Source: Alphaproteobacteria bacterium (lineage in GTDB: Bacteria > Pseudomonadota > Alphaproteobacteria > SHVV01). Taken from it: DNA of 64,000 nt. The first letter of the stretch is position 1, and each line of letters begins with the position of its first letter. Position numbers and translations under genes: made by a program. The DNA lies in the NCBI GenBank assembly GCA_965261735.1, contig OZ253470.1, forward strand, positions 357,728 to 421,727. Direction: 5' to 3'. The notes under the pieces were generated by a model. The model was not told the origin of the DNA and searched no databases. It saw only the letters and a list, made by a program, of their open reading frames with translations. Of this stretch, positions 9,830-19,448 are shown piece by piece.

Positions 9830-9955
9830 ATGATGTCTGACAAGATCGGGCCGCAGCATCTGCGTCGCAAGGCGATGCTCTATGTCCGGCAATCCTCGCC
9901 TCATCAGGTGAAGCACAACCGCGAGAGTGGCGCGCTTGATGGGCGTGTTTCTTAA
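9830..9955 (+). pseudogene. serine recombinase N-terminal fragment
   Basis: MMSDKIGPQHLRRKAMLYVRQSSPHQVKHNRES matches the catalytic-serine N-terminus (xYxRxSS..Q) of large serine recombinases, then terminates after 41 codons. Confidence 0.45.
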
Positions 9956-9983
9956 CGGAGGCTCTGGCTCATCCAGGTTGATG

Positions 9984-10415
9984 TTAAGCCGCTTGGTTGT
10001 GATGGGCCAAGCGGCGTTTTTTGATGGTCAGGTTTTTGATCTTTCTCCTTCTCTCGATGATGGCGTGGTCCCGGCCGAAGTAGACGTCGGCGGGGGTGAG
10101 GTTGGCGAGGCTTTCGTGGTAGCGGCGGTGGTTGTAGTGCTCGACGAAGGTGCCGACGCTGGCCTTGAAATCGCCCGGCAGATAGTAGTTCTCCAGCAGG
10201 ACACGGTTCTTCAGGGTCTGATGCCAACGCTCGATCTTGCCTTGGGTTTGGGGATGGTTCGGTGCGCCGCGGACGTGATCCATACCCTGATCCTCAAGCC
10301 AGGCTGCAAGATCGCCGGCGATGTAGGACGAGCCGTTGTCGCTGAGGAGCCGGGGTTTGTGAACAACCTCCGCGCTGCTGCAACCTGACGCTTCGAGGGT
10401 GTCAATGACACGTAA
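9984..10415 (-). pseudogene. DDE integrase-core (rve) transposase fragment, IS3/IS481-like
   Basis: LLSDNGSSYIAGDLAAWLEDQGMDHVRGAPNHPQTQGKIERWHQTLKNRV..FVEHYNHRRYHESLANLTPADVYFGR is the C-terminal catalytic core only. The N-terminal half is absent. Confidence 0.7.
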
Positions 10416-10699
10416 AGATGTCCGGATTAGGTAGCACATTAAATGTCCGCTGCTGTTGTTGGGCCTGTGGGGAAGTGAGAAGGCGCGGAGCGGCTTTCCA
10501 CTTATCCACAGGCTTGGTCGCCGAGCGGATTTAGGCGGCCCGTAAGCTTGACTTGTCGGTTTCGAGGTTGCCCTGCTGATCGTAGCGTCCGAGGCATCTG
10601 GGGCCGTGGAAGACAGCGAGCGTGCCGTCGGGATATTCATGGACGCGGACGCTGGCCTTGACGAAGTGCCGGCGGTGGGACTGTTCGGGGATCTGCAGG

Positions 10700-11085
10700 A
10701 GCAGCCTTCATGCCTTCGTTGCCGGGACCTCGGCGCCGGGCGCGCGGGTAATCACCGATGGCTGGAGCGGGTATCCTGGCCTGCCCGACCACGACCACCA
10801 GCCCAAGGTCGTCGGTGCAACGCCCGCCCATCTCGTGCTGATCTGGATCCATCGTGTGTTCTCGAACCTGAAGCGCTGGGCGCTCGGAACCTTCCATGGC
10901 CTGCGCCGCGCCCATCTGTGCCGCTATCTCGACGAGTTCGTGTTCCGCTGGAACCGCCGCCGCCACACCGCAACGGCCTTCGACACCCTGCTCGGCATCG
11001 GCACGCGCCTCCGACCCGCGGCGCTAGTGGCCGCGGCAGCCGAGCGGGGGTGGCGGTTCCCGACCTTGGACCCTTCTACAGGCAT
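10700..11085 (+). pseudogene. IS1595-family transposase C-terminal fragment
   Basis: ITDGWSGYPGL..HRVFSNLKRWALGTFHGLRRAHLCRYLDEFVFRWNRR is the conserved DDE C-terminal region of IS1595/ISXO2-like transposases. The limits are approximate. Confidence 0.6.
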
Positions 11086-11829
11086 TGTCATGTATGGACG
11101 CCCCCGGTGTTGCAAGGGGAAAACTGATTTGAATCGGCGGTAGAGCTTGCAGTCATGTATCCGGCCTTTTCGCTGCGGTACGCTGACCGCTGGCCCTGAT
11201 GGAATCCGAAAGATCGACGCCCAGTCAGACTAACGAGCTTGATGCTCGGACAATGCCTCGGGTTTGGCCGATCTCGGGTGGAACCCTGTTTCGCCATCAA
11301 ATCGTCGTCACCCTCGCAATTTGATCCCGGTTTGCCAGCTGGCTATGCCGGCGTCGGTCGGTAGATACGCTCGTACCTGAGCAGTGCCCAGGCGACACGG
11401 GCTGTCTTATTGGCCATGGCGACCAGCACCACGTTTGTCGGCCGCCGCGCCAGGAGCCGGTCGGTCCAGCCAGGCCCCGTGCCCGGCTTGGCGCGGCGCC
11501 AGCGCAGCACGGTTCGCGCACCGTGCACGAGCAAGCGCCTGATATAGCCATCCCCGCGCTTCGATATCCGTCCCAGTCTATCCTTGCCGCCACTCGAGTG
11601 CTGCCGGGGCACCAGACCGAGCCAGGCCGAAAGCTGTCGGCCCGAGCGGAACTGTGCGCCATCGCCGATCGTCGCGACCAGCGCCGTCGCGGTGATGACA
11701 CCGACGCCGGGGATCGTCGCAAGACGGCGGCTCGCCTCGTTGGAGCGGTGCCATGCCAAAAGCGTCACTTCCAGCTGCTTGATCCGGGCCTGAGCAGAGC
11801 GGAGCTGCTCAACCAGAGAGCCAAGCGCA
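11086..11829 (-). mobile_element. IS110/IS1111-like element type A, truncated copy (3' non-coding end plus C-terminal part of the transposase)
   Basis: Near-identical (a few SNPs) to 59126..59869. Identity stops after GAGCCAAGCGC at 11829. Confidence 0.8.
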
Positions 11830-11946
11830 CGTGGCCAACGCCGACCGTCAGCAGCAAGCGGCTTGCCAATCCGGAACGATTTTGGCACGCTTTCCCGCGT
11901 GGATCGGTTCCAACATGGGGAATCCCAGATAAATAGAAGGGACAGG

Positions 11947-12438
11947 TCCGGGCACTTCCTGGTCAGACTGGTCGACTATCTCGCCGACGGAGTGATTGCG
12001 GCCATGGCCGAGGCGGAAGCGTTGGTAGAGGGCTATGTCTCGCCGCTCGTGAGCCTGATACAGGCCATCCGCGACAGGATCGTGGCGAACGCCGAGGAGC
12101 GCGCTTGGGTCATTGACCGGGACCGACTCGACGACCGCCACATCGTCCGGCGCATGGTCCTCAAGCGCTGCGTCTACGGTGTCGACAAGAACCCCATGGA
12201 GGTGGAGCTGGTCAAGGTCGCGTTGTGGCTGCGCACCTTCACGGTCGGCGCGCCGCTCAGCTTCCTGGATCACCATCTTCGCTGCGGCGATAGCCTGTTT
12301 CGGCGCATGGGCACGGGACGGGGTCGACAAGGCGACCGAGTATGGCAGCCCGTTGCTTCTGCACGGCTCTGTCACCCAGGCGGGACTTGCCGCGCGGGAA
12401 ATGCAGACTATCGAGGAGTTGACCGACGCCGAGATCGC
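11947..12438 (+). pseudogene. N6-adenine DNA methyltransferase remnant (type IIG/BREX PglX-like), frameshifted and interrupted
   Basis: It reads [54 protein letters not shown], the same block order as the large methyltransferase at 27598. There is a frameshift near 12300. IS256 is inserted at 12439 and the reading resumes at 13834, stopping at 13872. Confidence 0.6.
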
Positions 12439-13833
12439 GGCTGTGTCTCGAAAGTGGTGGAAATTTGAGGATGGCGTAATCTCCGGGTGACAAGACAACC
12501 ACCCAATCGGCGGCTAGCACCGCCAAGGAGATCACGCCATGAAGAACACTACCGAGACTTCCGCGCTTTCGCTACTGGCCAATGACGCCGGCTATGATCC
12601 GATCGAGGACCGGCTGCGGGAGAACATCAGATCCACGATCGAGGCCGTTTTTGAGGAGGAACTTGCGCAGTTTCTCGGGCGCTGCCGATACGGTCGAGAG
12701 GACGCGCTTCGGCAAGGGTATCGGAACGGGCACCGGGAGCGGCAACTGACGGGGACATTCGGGACCGAGAGGGTGAGCGTGCCGCGTGCGCGGATCGTTG
12801 AGGAAGACGGTCGGGCGTCGGAATGGCGTTCGCGGGCGCTGCCGCGCTACCAGCGGCTGACCAGAAAGGCCGAGGCGCTGATCGCTTCGGTGTATCTGTC
12901 CGGAACCAACACGCGGCGGGTGAAACGCGCGCTGTTCGGGCTCTTCCGGGGTGCTGTGAGCAAGGACGTTGTGAGCCGGGCGTGGCGCAAGGTGAAGGTC
13001 GATTGGGACGCCTGGTGCAGCCGTGGCCTCGCGGATGAGGATATCGTTCGGCTGATCCTTGACGGCACTGTGATCAAGATCCGACTGGACCGCAAGGCCA
13101 CCAACATCTCGGTTCTCGCGGCTATAGGGGTGCGCCGGGATGGCCAGAAGGTCTTGCTTTCGATCGGGAATATGGGCGGAGAAAGCCAGGCGGCGTGGCG
13201 CCAGTTCCTCGACGACCTTGATGCGCGTGGACTGAAACGGCCCGGGTTTGTCATCGTCGATGGCGCGCCGGGACTGGAGGCGGCTCTGTCGGCGCTTTGG
13301 GGCGATGACCTTCCCGTTCAACGCTGCACCGTGCACAAGCACCGCAACCTTCTGGGTCATGCTCCCAAACACATGCATGACGAGCTGAGCGAAGATTACC
13401 GCGATATGATCTATGCTGACACTGCCTCCGAGGTGGAAACCCGCCGCAAGGCGTTTGTCCGCAAGTGGCGGCTGAAATGCAGGGCCGTCGCGGACAGCCT
13501 CGCAGAAGCGGGCGACAAGCTCTTTACCTTCAACGCGCCTGTCCAAGAGCCAATGGAAATCAGCCCGAACGACCAACGCCATTGAGCGTCTCAACGAGGA
13601 GTTCAAGCGCCGGATCAAAACACAGACCGTGCTGCCGTGTCCCGAAACAGTGCCGATGCTCCTCTGGGCGCTCCTCGCTTCCGGCCAAATCCAGATGCGC
13701 AAAGTCGATGGATGGGAAACCCTCGATCAGCTAATCGCCGACGAAACCCTTGACCGCGCGGCCTGACCGCCGCAAAACTCAACCCGCTCGGAGAGGCGCC
13801 AAAACCAATTTCCACCACTTTCGAGACACAACC
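12439..13833 (+). mobile_element. IS256-family element, copy A
   Basis: IRs are GGCTGTGTCTCGAAAGTGGTGGAAAT / ATTTCCACCACTTTCGAGACACAACC. It is flanked by the 8-bp direct repeat GAGATCGC (12431-12438 and 13834-13841). Confidence 0.9.
12539..13766 (+). pseudogene. IS256 family transposase, frameshifted
   Basis: Identical to the intact 408-aa copies except for an extra A near 13532 (TTCAACGCG versus TTCACGCG). This shifts the frame (..FTFNAPVQEP.. instead of ..FTFTRLSKSQW..). Confidence 0.85.
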
Positions 13834-13909
13834 GAGATCGCCGAGGCGCACCGCTCCGCCGAGACCCTCTGAGACAGGTCTGCGCTGGCCGGCCCGCCGC
13901 CGTCCGCGT

Positions 13910-14311
13910 TCAACCCCGCCGGGCCAGCCACAGCGCCGCGATCCATACCGGCAGGCTGAGCACCACCGCGGCGACAACGATCGCCAGCGGGCCGAGCAAT
14001 CCCAGCAGTAGCGACGCCGCCACCGTTACGGTCCCCAGCGCCGCGCCCACGCCCCAGGCGGCACGGCGAAATCCGAGCCACCACAACCGTCGGCACGCCA
14101 GCGCCAGTGGCAGGCCGCAAGGGGCGACGACGATCAGCGAGGGCGCTGCCATCAACACCATCGGCAACCACATTCCGGTCATCTCCGACGGTGTCCTCTC
14201 CGGCATGAAGCGGAACGCCGTCGTCGTGACGACCCCCACCGGCAGCCAGAGCAGCGCCAGCGGCCAGAATCCCCGGCGCCTGGTGGATCCCCGCTCGTTC
14301 ATGCCACGCAC
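13910..14311 (-). CDS. hypothetical membrane protein
   Basis: 133-aa ORF with three or four hydrophobic helices. No family recognised, and in this GC-rich context it could be spurious. Confidence 0.35.
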   Translation of the reverse strand: MRGMNERGSTRRRGFWPLALLWLPVGVVTTTAFRFMPERTPSEMTGMWLPMVLMAAPSLIVVAPCGLPLALACRRLWWLGFRRAAWGVGAALGTVTVAASLLLGLLGPLAIVVAAVVLSLPVWIAALWLARRG

Positions 14312-14355
14312 AACACCAAGGCGATCCGTGATGCGTTGAGAAGAGAAGTTTGCGC

Positions 14356-14649
14356 TTATTTCGCCTTTTCATTCTTGTATGCGATGAAGCCCGACGCGCC
14401 CTTGCCTTTGGCGCGGCACAGTGTGTAACCCTGATTGCCGAGATTGAATTTCGGGTCATTCTCAAGGCCTGCGAGAGCCACGACGATCTTCACCGCCACG
14501 GGATCGGGTTTGTCTTTGGCTTGTGAAGCAGATTGGCGCTCTAACCACTTTGCGAAAACTTCTTCGGCGAGGTCGTCACCGACAGATTTCCGAAGCGCGT
14601 TCAATTTTCTTACCCGACCCTTGGTGAGCCCAGTTTCATCGATAGCCAT
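14356..14649 (-). CDS. hypothetical small protein
   Basis: 97 aa with balanced, lysine-containing composition unlike GC shadow ORFs. AGGAA lies upstream of the ATG. Confidence 0.5.
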   Translation of the reverse strand: MAIDETGLTKGRVRKLNALRKSVGDDLAEEVFAKWLERQSASQAKDKPDPVAVKIVVALAGLENDPKFNLGNQGYTLCRAKGKGASGFIAYKNEKAK

Positions 14650-14980
14650 TTCCTGAACCTCTCATTTCCGGCCTCTCTCACCGCAGCGTGGCGCGGCTTC
14701 GGTACAACCAATTACCACTGTTATGCAACAGTTCACGAGCAACAGCGCATGCGATCGCCGAGGCACCCGCGTGTACCACACGACCGGCGTCAACTGCATA
14801 CGCGCGGAATGTCAACACGCTCAAGCCACCGCATTGATGGCTTTCAACGCCTGCCCACAACGAAGTCCTTTAAAACAGGGCCTTTGGAGCCGCCTGTAGT
14901 ATACACATGGGTAAAAGGGCACTATATGTAGTGGCCTTAGGAGACTGTTTCGGTTCGGGGAACAACAGAGGCCACACATC

Positions 14981-15265
14981 ATGAGCAGAGCCGCATTCGT
15001 CGAGAATGTCGCCAGGAAGGGCAACATGAGCAAGGCCGAGGCCAAGCGCACGGTCGACCTGGTCCTGGGCGAGGTCGAGGCTGGGCTGAAGAAGTCGAAG
15101 AAGGAAGGCCGCTACACCATCGGCAACTTCGGCACCTTCACCATCACCAGGCGTCCGGCGCGCAAGGGCCGCAATCCGCAAACGGGCGAAGCGATCCGGA
15201 TCAAGGCCTCCAAGGTTCTGAAGTTCCGGCCGGCCGCCGCGTTGAAGAGGGCGGCGGGCGCCTGA
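14981..15265 (+). CDS. HU/IHF family DNA-binding protein
   Basis: MSKAEAKRTVDLVLGEVEAGL..IGNFGTFTITRRPARKGRNPQTGEAIRIKASKVLKFRPAAALK is the canonical HU fold signature. Confidence 0.9.
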   Translation: MSRAAFVENVARKGNMSKAEAKRTVDLVLGEVEAGLKKSKKEGRYTIGNFGTFTITRRPARKGRNPQTGEAIRIKASKVLKFRPAAALKRAAGA

Positions 15266-15297
15266 TCTCTGGCTGACGTCTCCCGGTTTCGGCACTG

Positions 15298-17136
15298 ATG
15301 CGCACGTTGGAGGAGCAGACAGCCGCCGCACGCCAAGTGCTGAGGGGTGTATTCGGGTTCGACGGGTTCCGTCCGGGCCAGGAAGCGGCCATCGGCGCGT
15401 TGCTGTCGGGGCGCAGCGTGCTCACGGTGATGCCGACGGGATCGGGCAAGTCACTTTGTTTTCAGATTCCAGCTTTGATCACGGATGGACTCACTGTCGT
15501 GGTGTCCCCGCTGGTCGCGCTAATGCAGGACCAGGTCGCGGCGCTCAGGCTCGCCGGTGTCGCGGCCGACAGCATCAATTCCGCAAATGGGCGTGCCGAC
15601 AACATAGCCGCCTGGCGCCGGGCCGCGGCAGGCGAGACGCGGCTACTCTACATGGCCCCCGAACGTCTGATGACCGAGCCGATGCTGGCCTCACTGGCAC
15701 GATTGCCGGTGAAGCTGTTCGCCATCGACGAGGCGCATTGCATCTCGCAATGGGGACCGGCCTTCAGGCCGGAATACGAAGACCTGTGCGGATTGCGGGA
15801 TCTGTTCCCCGGGGTTCCAATCGCCGCGCTGACGGCGACCGCCGATGAAGTGACCCGCGAGGACATCGCAGAGCGGCTGTTCGGGGGCTCGGTGGAGTCC
15901 TTCGTCCTCGGCTTCGACCGTCCGAACATCAAGCTGTCGGTGGAGATGAAACGCGACTGGAAGCGCCAGCTGCGGGACTTTATTGCACGCCATGAAGGCG
16001 AGAGCGGCATCGTCTATTGCCTGTCGCGCAAGAAGACGGAGGAAACCGCCGCCCTGCTGACGGCGGACGGCGTGCGGGCGCTTCCCTATCACGCGGGCAT
16101 GGAGAAGGAGGACCGGGAGGCGCACCAGAACATTTTCATGACCGATCCGGGGGTGGTCATCGTTGCCACCATCGCCTTCGGCATGGGGATCGACAAGGCG
16201 GATGTGCGTTACGTCTTCCACACCGACCTGCCCGGCAGCATCGAGGCCTATTATCAGGAGATCGGCCGGGCGGGACGCGACGGCTCACCCGCGGAAGCCC
16301 ATATGGTCTATGGCCTGGCCGACATTCGCATGCGCCGGGTGTTCATCGAGGACGAGGATGCGGGCACCGAGCGTAAGCGCCGCGAGCATAAACGGCTTGA
16401 TGCCTTGCTCGGCTATTGCGAGGCGCCGGCCTGCCGGCGCGTTGCCCTGCTGGATTACTTCGGAGAGGAAATCGAGCCCTGCGGCAATTGCGATGCCTGT
16501 CTCGACCCGGCCGAGCGTGCCGACGGGACCGAGGATGCGCAAAAGATCCTGTCGGCGATCTACCGCTCGGGCGAACGGTTCGGTGCGGCGCATGTGATCG
16601 ATATCCTGTGCGGGGCGCAGACTGAAAAGATCACGCGGACCGGCCATCACCGGCTGCCAACCTTCGGAATCGGCGCAGCACGCGGCAAGAACGAGTGGCG
16701 CTCGCTGATCCGCCAGATGGTGGCGACCGGGTTCCTGCGGCTCGACATCGCGGGCTATGGCGGGCTTGCGATCACCGGCAAGGGCCGCGCGCTGCTGCGG
16801 GGCGAAGGCGTATTCCTCTACCGCGGGGAGACGGTGGTTGCACGGCCGTCCGCCGCGCCGCGCGAAACCCGCAAGAAACAATCGGAATATCCGCTGAACG
16901 ATAGTCAGGCGGCGCTGCTGGATGTGCTGAAGGCCCTGCGGCTGGAACTCGCCAGGGCGCGCGGCGTGCCGGCCTATATCGTGTTCCCGGACCGTTCGTT
17001 GATCGACATGGCGCGCCGGCGCCCGCGCACCGAAGAGGAGTTCGCCGAGGTCAACGGCGTCGGCGCGGCCAAGCTGAAGGCGTTTGCAACGCCGTTTCTC
17101 GCCGCCATCGACAGCGCCCTGGCCGATGCGGGATGA
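15298..17136 (+). CDS. recQ: ATP-dependent DNA helicase RecQ
   Basis: 612 aa with FGFDGFRPGQ, MPTGSGKSLCFQIPAL, DEAHCISQWG, a zinc-binding CRR..C..CGNCDAC region and a C-terminal HRDC region. Confidence 0.95.
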   Translation: MRTLEEQTAAARQVLRGVFGFDGFRPGQEAAIGALLSGRSVLTVMPTGSGKSLCFQIPALITDGLTVVVSPLVALMQDQVAALRLAGVAADSINSANGRADNIAAWRRAAAGETRLLYMAPERLMTEPMLASLARLPVKLFAIDEAHCISQWGPAFRPEYEDLCGLRDLFPGVPIAALTATADEVTREDIAERLFGGSVESFVLGFDRPNIKLSVEMKRDWKRQLRDFIARHEGESGIVYCLSRKKTEETAALLTADGVRALPYHAGMEKEDREAHQNIFMTDPGVVIVATIAFGMGIDKADVRYVFHTDLPGSIEAYYQEIGRAGRDGSPAEAHMVYGLADIRMRRVFIEDEDAGTERKRREHKRLDALLGYCEAPACRRVALLDYFGEEIEPCGNCDACLDPAERADGTEDAQKILSAIYRSGERFGAAHVIDILCGAQTEKITRTGHHRLPTFGIGAARGKNEWRSLIRQMVATGFLRLDIAGYGGLAITGKGRALLRGEGVFLYRGETVVARPSAAPRETRKKQSEYPLNDSQAALLDVLKALRLELARARGVPAYIVFPDRSLIDMARRRPRTEEEFAEVNGVGAAKLKAFATPFLAAIDSALADAG

Positions 17137-17238
17137 GCGAGGAACCTTCGGAACCGATGGGGTGGACGCCCCTCCCGACGGCATCGCGATGTGCCAGGTT
17201 GGCGGTGTTGTTAACGCCAAGCGAGGAAGGGGGCGTCC

Positions 17239-18261
17239 ATGGAACAGGTTCACATGATCGGGATCGATCTGGCGAAGAACAGCTTTCAGCTGCACGGTGC
17301 GCGGGCGGATGGGTCGGTTGCGTTCCGCAAGAAGCTGAGCCGGGCGAAGCTGTTGGACTTTGTGGCTGCGCAGCCACGCTGCACGGTGGCGATGGAGGCG
17401 TGCGGCGGCGCGCACCATTGGGGCCGGGAGATCGGCAGTCTCGGCCATGCGGTGCGACTGGTCCCACCGATCTACGTCAAAGCGTACGTCAAGCGGCAAA
17501 AGAACGACGCGTCGGATGCGGAGGCGATCTGCGAGGCGTCGTCGCGGCCGACCATGCGCTTTGTGGCTGTGAAGACGGAGGAACAGCAGGCTCGGGGCAT
17601 GCTGTTCCGGACGCGCGATCTTCTGGTGCGCCAGCGCACCCAGACGATTAATGCGCTGCGCGGCCATCTGGCGGAGTTCGGTGTCATTGCCCCGCAGGGG
17701 CCGGCTCATGTCGGCCGGCTGGCCTCGGCGCTTGAGGGACCGGCTTCGAGGTTGCCGGAAGCGGTCCGCGAGCTGGCCGGCCTTCTGCTTGAGCAGATCG
17801 CCGGCCTCGATGCGAAGATTGCGGGCCTGGAGAGGGAGGTCCACGTGAGAGCACGGCAGGATGAGGAGGCGAGGCGCCTGATGAGCGTGCCGGGGATCGG
17901 GCCGATCAGCGCGATGGCAATCCAGGCCTTCGCACCGCCGATGGAGAGTTTCCGGCGCGGCCGCGACTTCTCCGCTTGGCTCGGCCTCGTGCCGCGCCAG
18001 CACACGACCGGCGGCAAGCCGAAGCTGGGCAAGATATCGAAGATGGGCCAGCGCGATCTGAGACGGCTGCTGATCACAGGCGCGATGACTGTGGTCCGCT
18101 GGGCGGTTCGGCGCGGCGTGACGACGGACCCCTGGCTGGCCGGGATGCTGGCGCGCAAGCCGAGGATGCTCGTCGCGGTGGCGCTGGCCAACAGGATGGC
18201 GCGCATCGTCTGGGCGCTACTGACGAAGAAGGAGAGCTACCGGGCTCCCGCCACCGCCTGA
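17239..18261 (+). CDS. IS110 family transposase
   Basis: 340 aa with IGIDLAKNSF, MEACGGAHHW, KNDASDAEAI, and C-terminal SVPGIGPISAMAI..FSAWLGLVPRQHTTGGK. Confidence 0.9.
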   Translation: MEQVHMIGIDLAKNSFQLHGARADGSVAFRKKLSRAKLLDFVAAQPRCTVAMEACGGAHHWGREIGSLGHAVRLVPPIYVKAYVKRQKNDASDAEAICEASSRPTMRFVAVKTEEQQARGMLFRTRDLLVRQRTQTINALRGHLAEFGVIAPQGPAHVGRLASALEGPASRLPEAVRELAGLLLEQIAGLDAKIAGLEREVHVRARQDEEARRLMSVPGIGPISAMAIQAFAPPMESFRRGRDFSAWLGLVPRQHTTGGKPKLGKISKMGQRDLRRLLITGAMTVVRWAVRRGVTTDPWLAGMLARKPRMLVAVALANRMARIVWALLTKKESYRAPATA

Positions 18262-18527
18262 GAGAACGGCGAAGTGCGGGAAGCCGTCGGGGATGTGGGC
18301 ACGACGGAGGACAGGTAAGGGCAAAGGTCAACGAGACCGGGTTGGGAAAACCAGCATCCGAACGGAGAGCTTTCAAGCTCGCGTAACCGATTTGGACCCA
18401 ATCCGCGTATCTCCATACGGGCCCGCGGCGTGTCATCTGCCGCATAGAGAGGCCGGACACACGACAGCACCTGACCGCATGCACCGAGCCGACCAAAAAC
18501 TGCTTGCATCAACGGGGGCGTCCACAC
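18262..18527 (+). ncRNA. candidate bridge/seek RNA region of IS110-family element type B (speculative)
   Basis: Long non-coding 3' end downstream of the transposase with no credible ORF. In IS1111-group elements the guide RNA is reported at this end. I did not fold the sequence. Confidence 0.3.
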
Positions 18528-18789
18528 ACGGTTCGGTATTACCGACGATAATCGGCTTGCCGTGTCTGGATGTTCACTTTATGTTCGATCAGCTTCGCCG
18601 GCGCATGCCTTGTGACGTGCTCATCGCCGTGGGATGAAGGCGCGGCGGTGACCGGCTTGTCAGCTCTTCGGCGTGTCGTCAGGCATAGAGCCCAGGATAA
18701 GGACCTCCACGAGTGGGTCCCGTGGGTCCGGACGATCGTGTGTGACCAATTCGCGGTAGCCGACCTCGGTCATTCAGCGGGCGCGGGCA

Positions 18790-18970
18790 AGGTGGCTTTT
18801 GAGGGACTTGCGAGTGCGCTCCGGCTCACTGGCGGTGTCAATGCCGAGGATCTCTCTTCGGCGAGATGCGGGTCGCGGACATCACCTGCGCCCATGTTCG
18901 CCGCTGGTTCGACGGGTTGAGCGAGCGCCCAGGCAGCGCGCGGTCCCGCTGTCAGGCGCGCATTGCCTGA
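18790..18970 (+). pseudogene. tyrosine integrase N-terminal fragment
   Basis: One frame reads ..FGEMRVADITCAHVRRWFDGLSERPGSA.., typical of the SAM-like N-terminal domain of phage-type integrases. It terminates soon after and no catalytic domain follows. Confidence 0.4.
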
Positions 18971-19448
18971 TCGGTGATAGGGCGCGAATGCGGCCAATCG
19001 GGTTGCGGTTACAGGCGGATGCTCCAGCTCGTGGATATTGAGCGACCCTCGTGCTCTTCTTCGCCGGGCGTATCGTACTTTTTGGAGTGGCGCTCCACAT
19101 AGTCGTCGAATTCCTTTTGCGCCGCCTCGCGCTCCTCTTGAGTGGCTGTATTGTCCACAGCCGACTGAAGCCGCCGGAATTTGTGTTGTTCGGCGTGGAA
19201 TATTGGGTCTGACTCAATCTCGATGATGGTGGCTTCGGACAGCACGACGAGGCGGATTCTGAGCACATCCAGATCGGCACATCCCAAAATTCTGGCGCTG
19301 GAAGGCCCCCAGATTGTCGATCTGGCCTCCGTTCGCCGGCATCTGGCGTCCATAAACCGCTGACATCATCGAGACCGCGACAGACCCGAATATATTTGGC
19401 AGTCTCCAATCGAGACATGGATTGGCCGACCCGCGGCGTCTACTTTTT

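Larger units (their letters stand above)
17160..18527 (+). mobile_element. IS110/IS1111-like element type B (limits approximate)
   Basis: Subterminal inverted repeat GTGGACGCCCC (17162-17172) / GGGGCGTCCAC (18515-18525). One DEDD transposase gene, a short 5' end and a ~265-nt 3' non-coding end. Confidence 0.75.

Noticed and set aside
7894-9870. The full 658-aa version of the binding-protein ORF
   Set aside because: The first 93 codons are Pro/Arg/Gly-rich. They precede an obvious signal peptide with its own AGGAGG and ATG at 9591, so the shorter start is preferred.
12572-13702. 376-aa antisense ORF inside IS256 (also 32035..33015 and 56804..57784)
   Set aside because: It recurs only because the IS is repeated. 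It is antisense to a canonical mutator-type transposase and has no recognisable domain.
16285-18003. 572-aa ORF on the minus strand
   Set aside because: It lies antisense to recQ and to the IS110 transposase, both strongly supported. It is Arg/Pro/Ala-rich with no motifs, a typical GC-rich shadow ORF.
19009-19353. 114-aa minus-strand ORF (..DPIFHAEQHKFRRLQSAVDNTATQEEREAAQKEFDDYVERHSKKYD..)
   Set aside because: The C-terminal half looks protein-like, but I found no family, a weak start context and an overlap with the integrase-remnant region. This is not enough support to list it as a gene.
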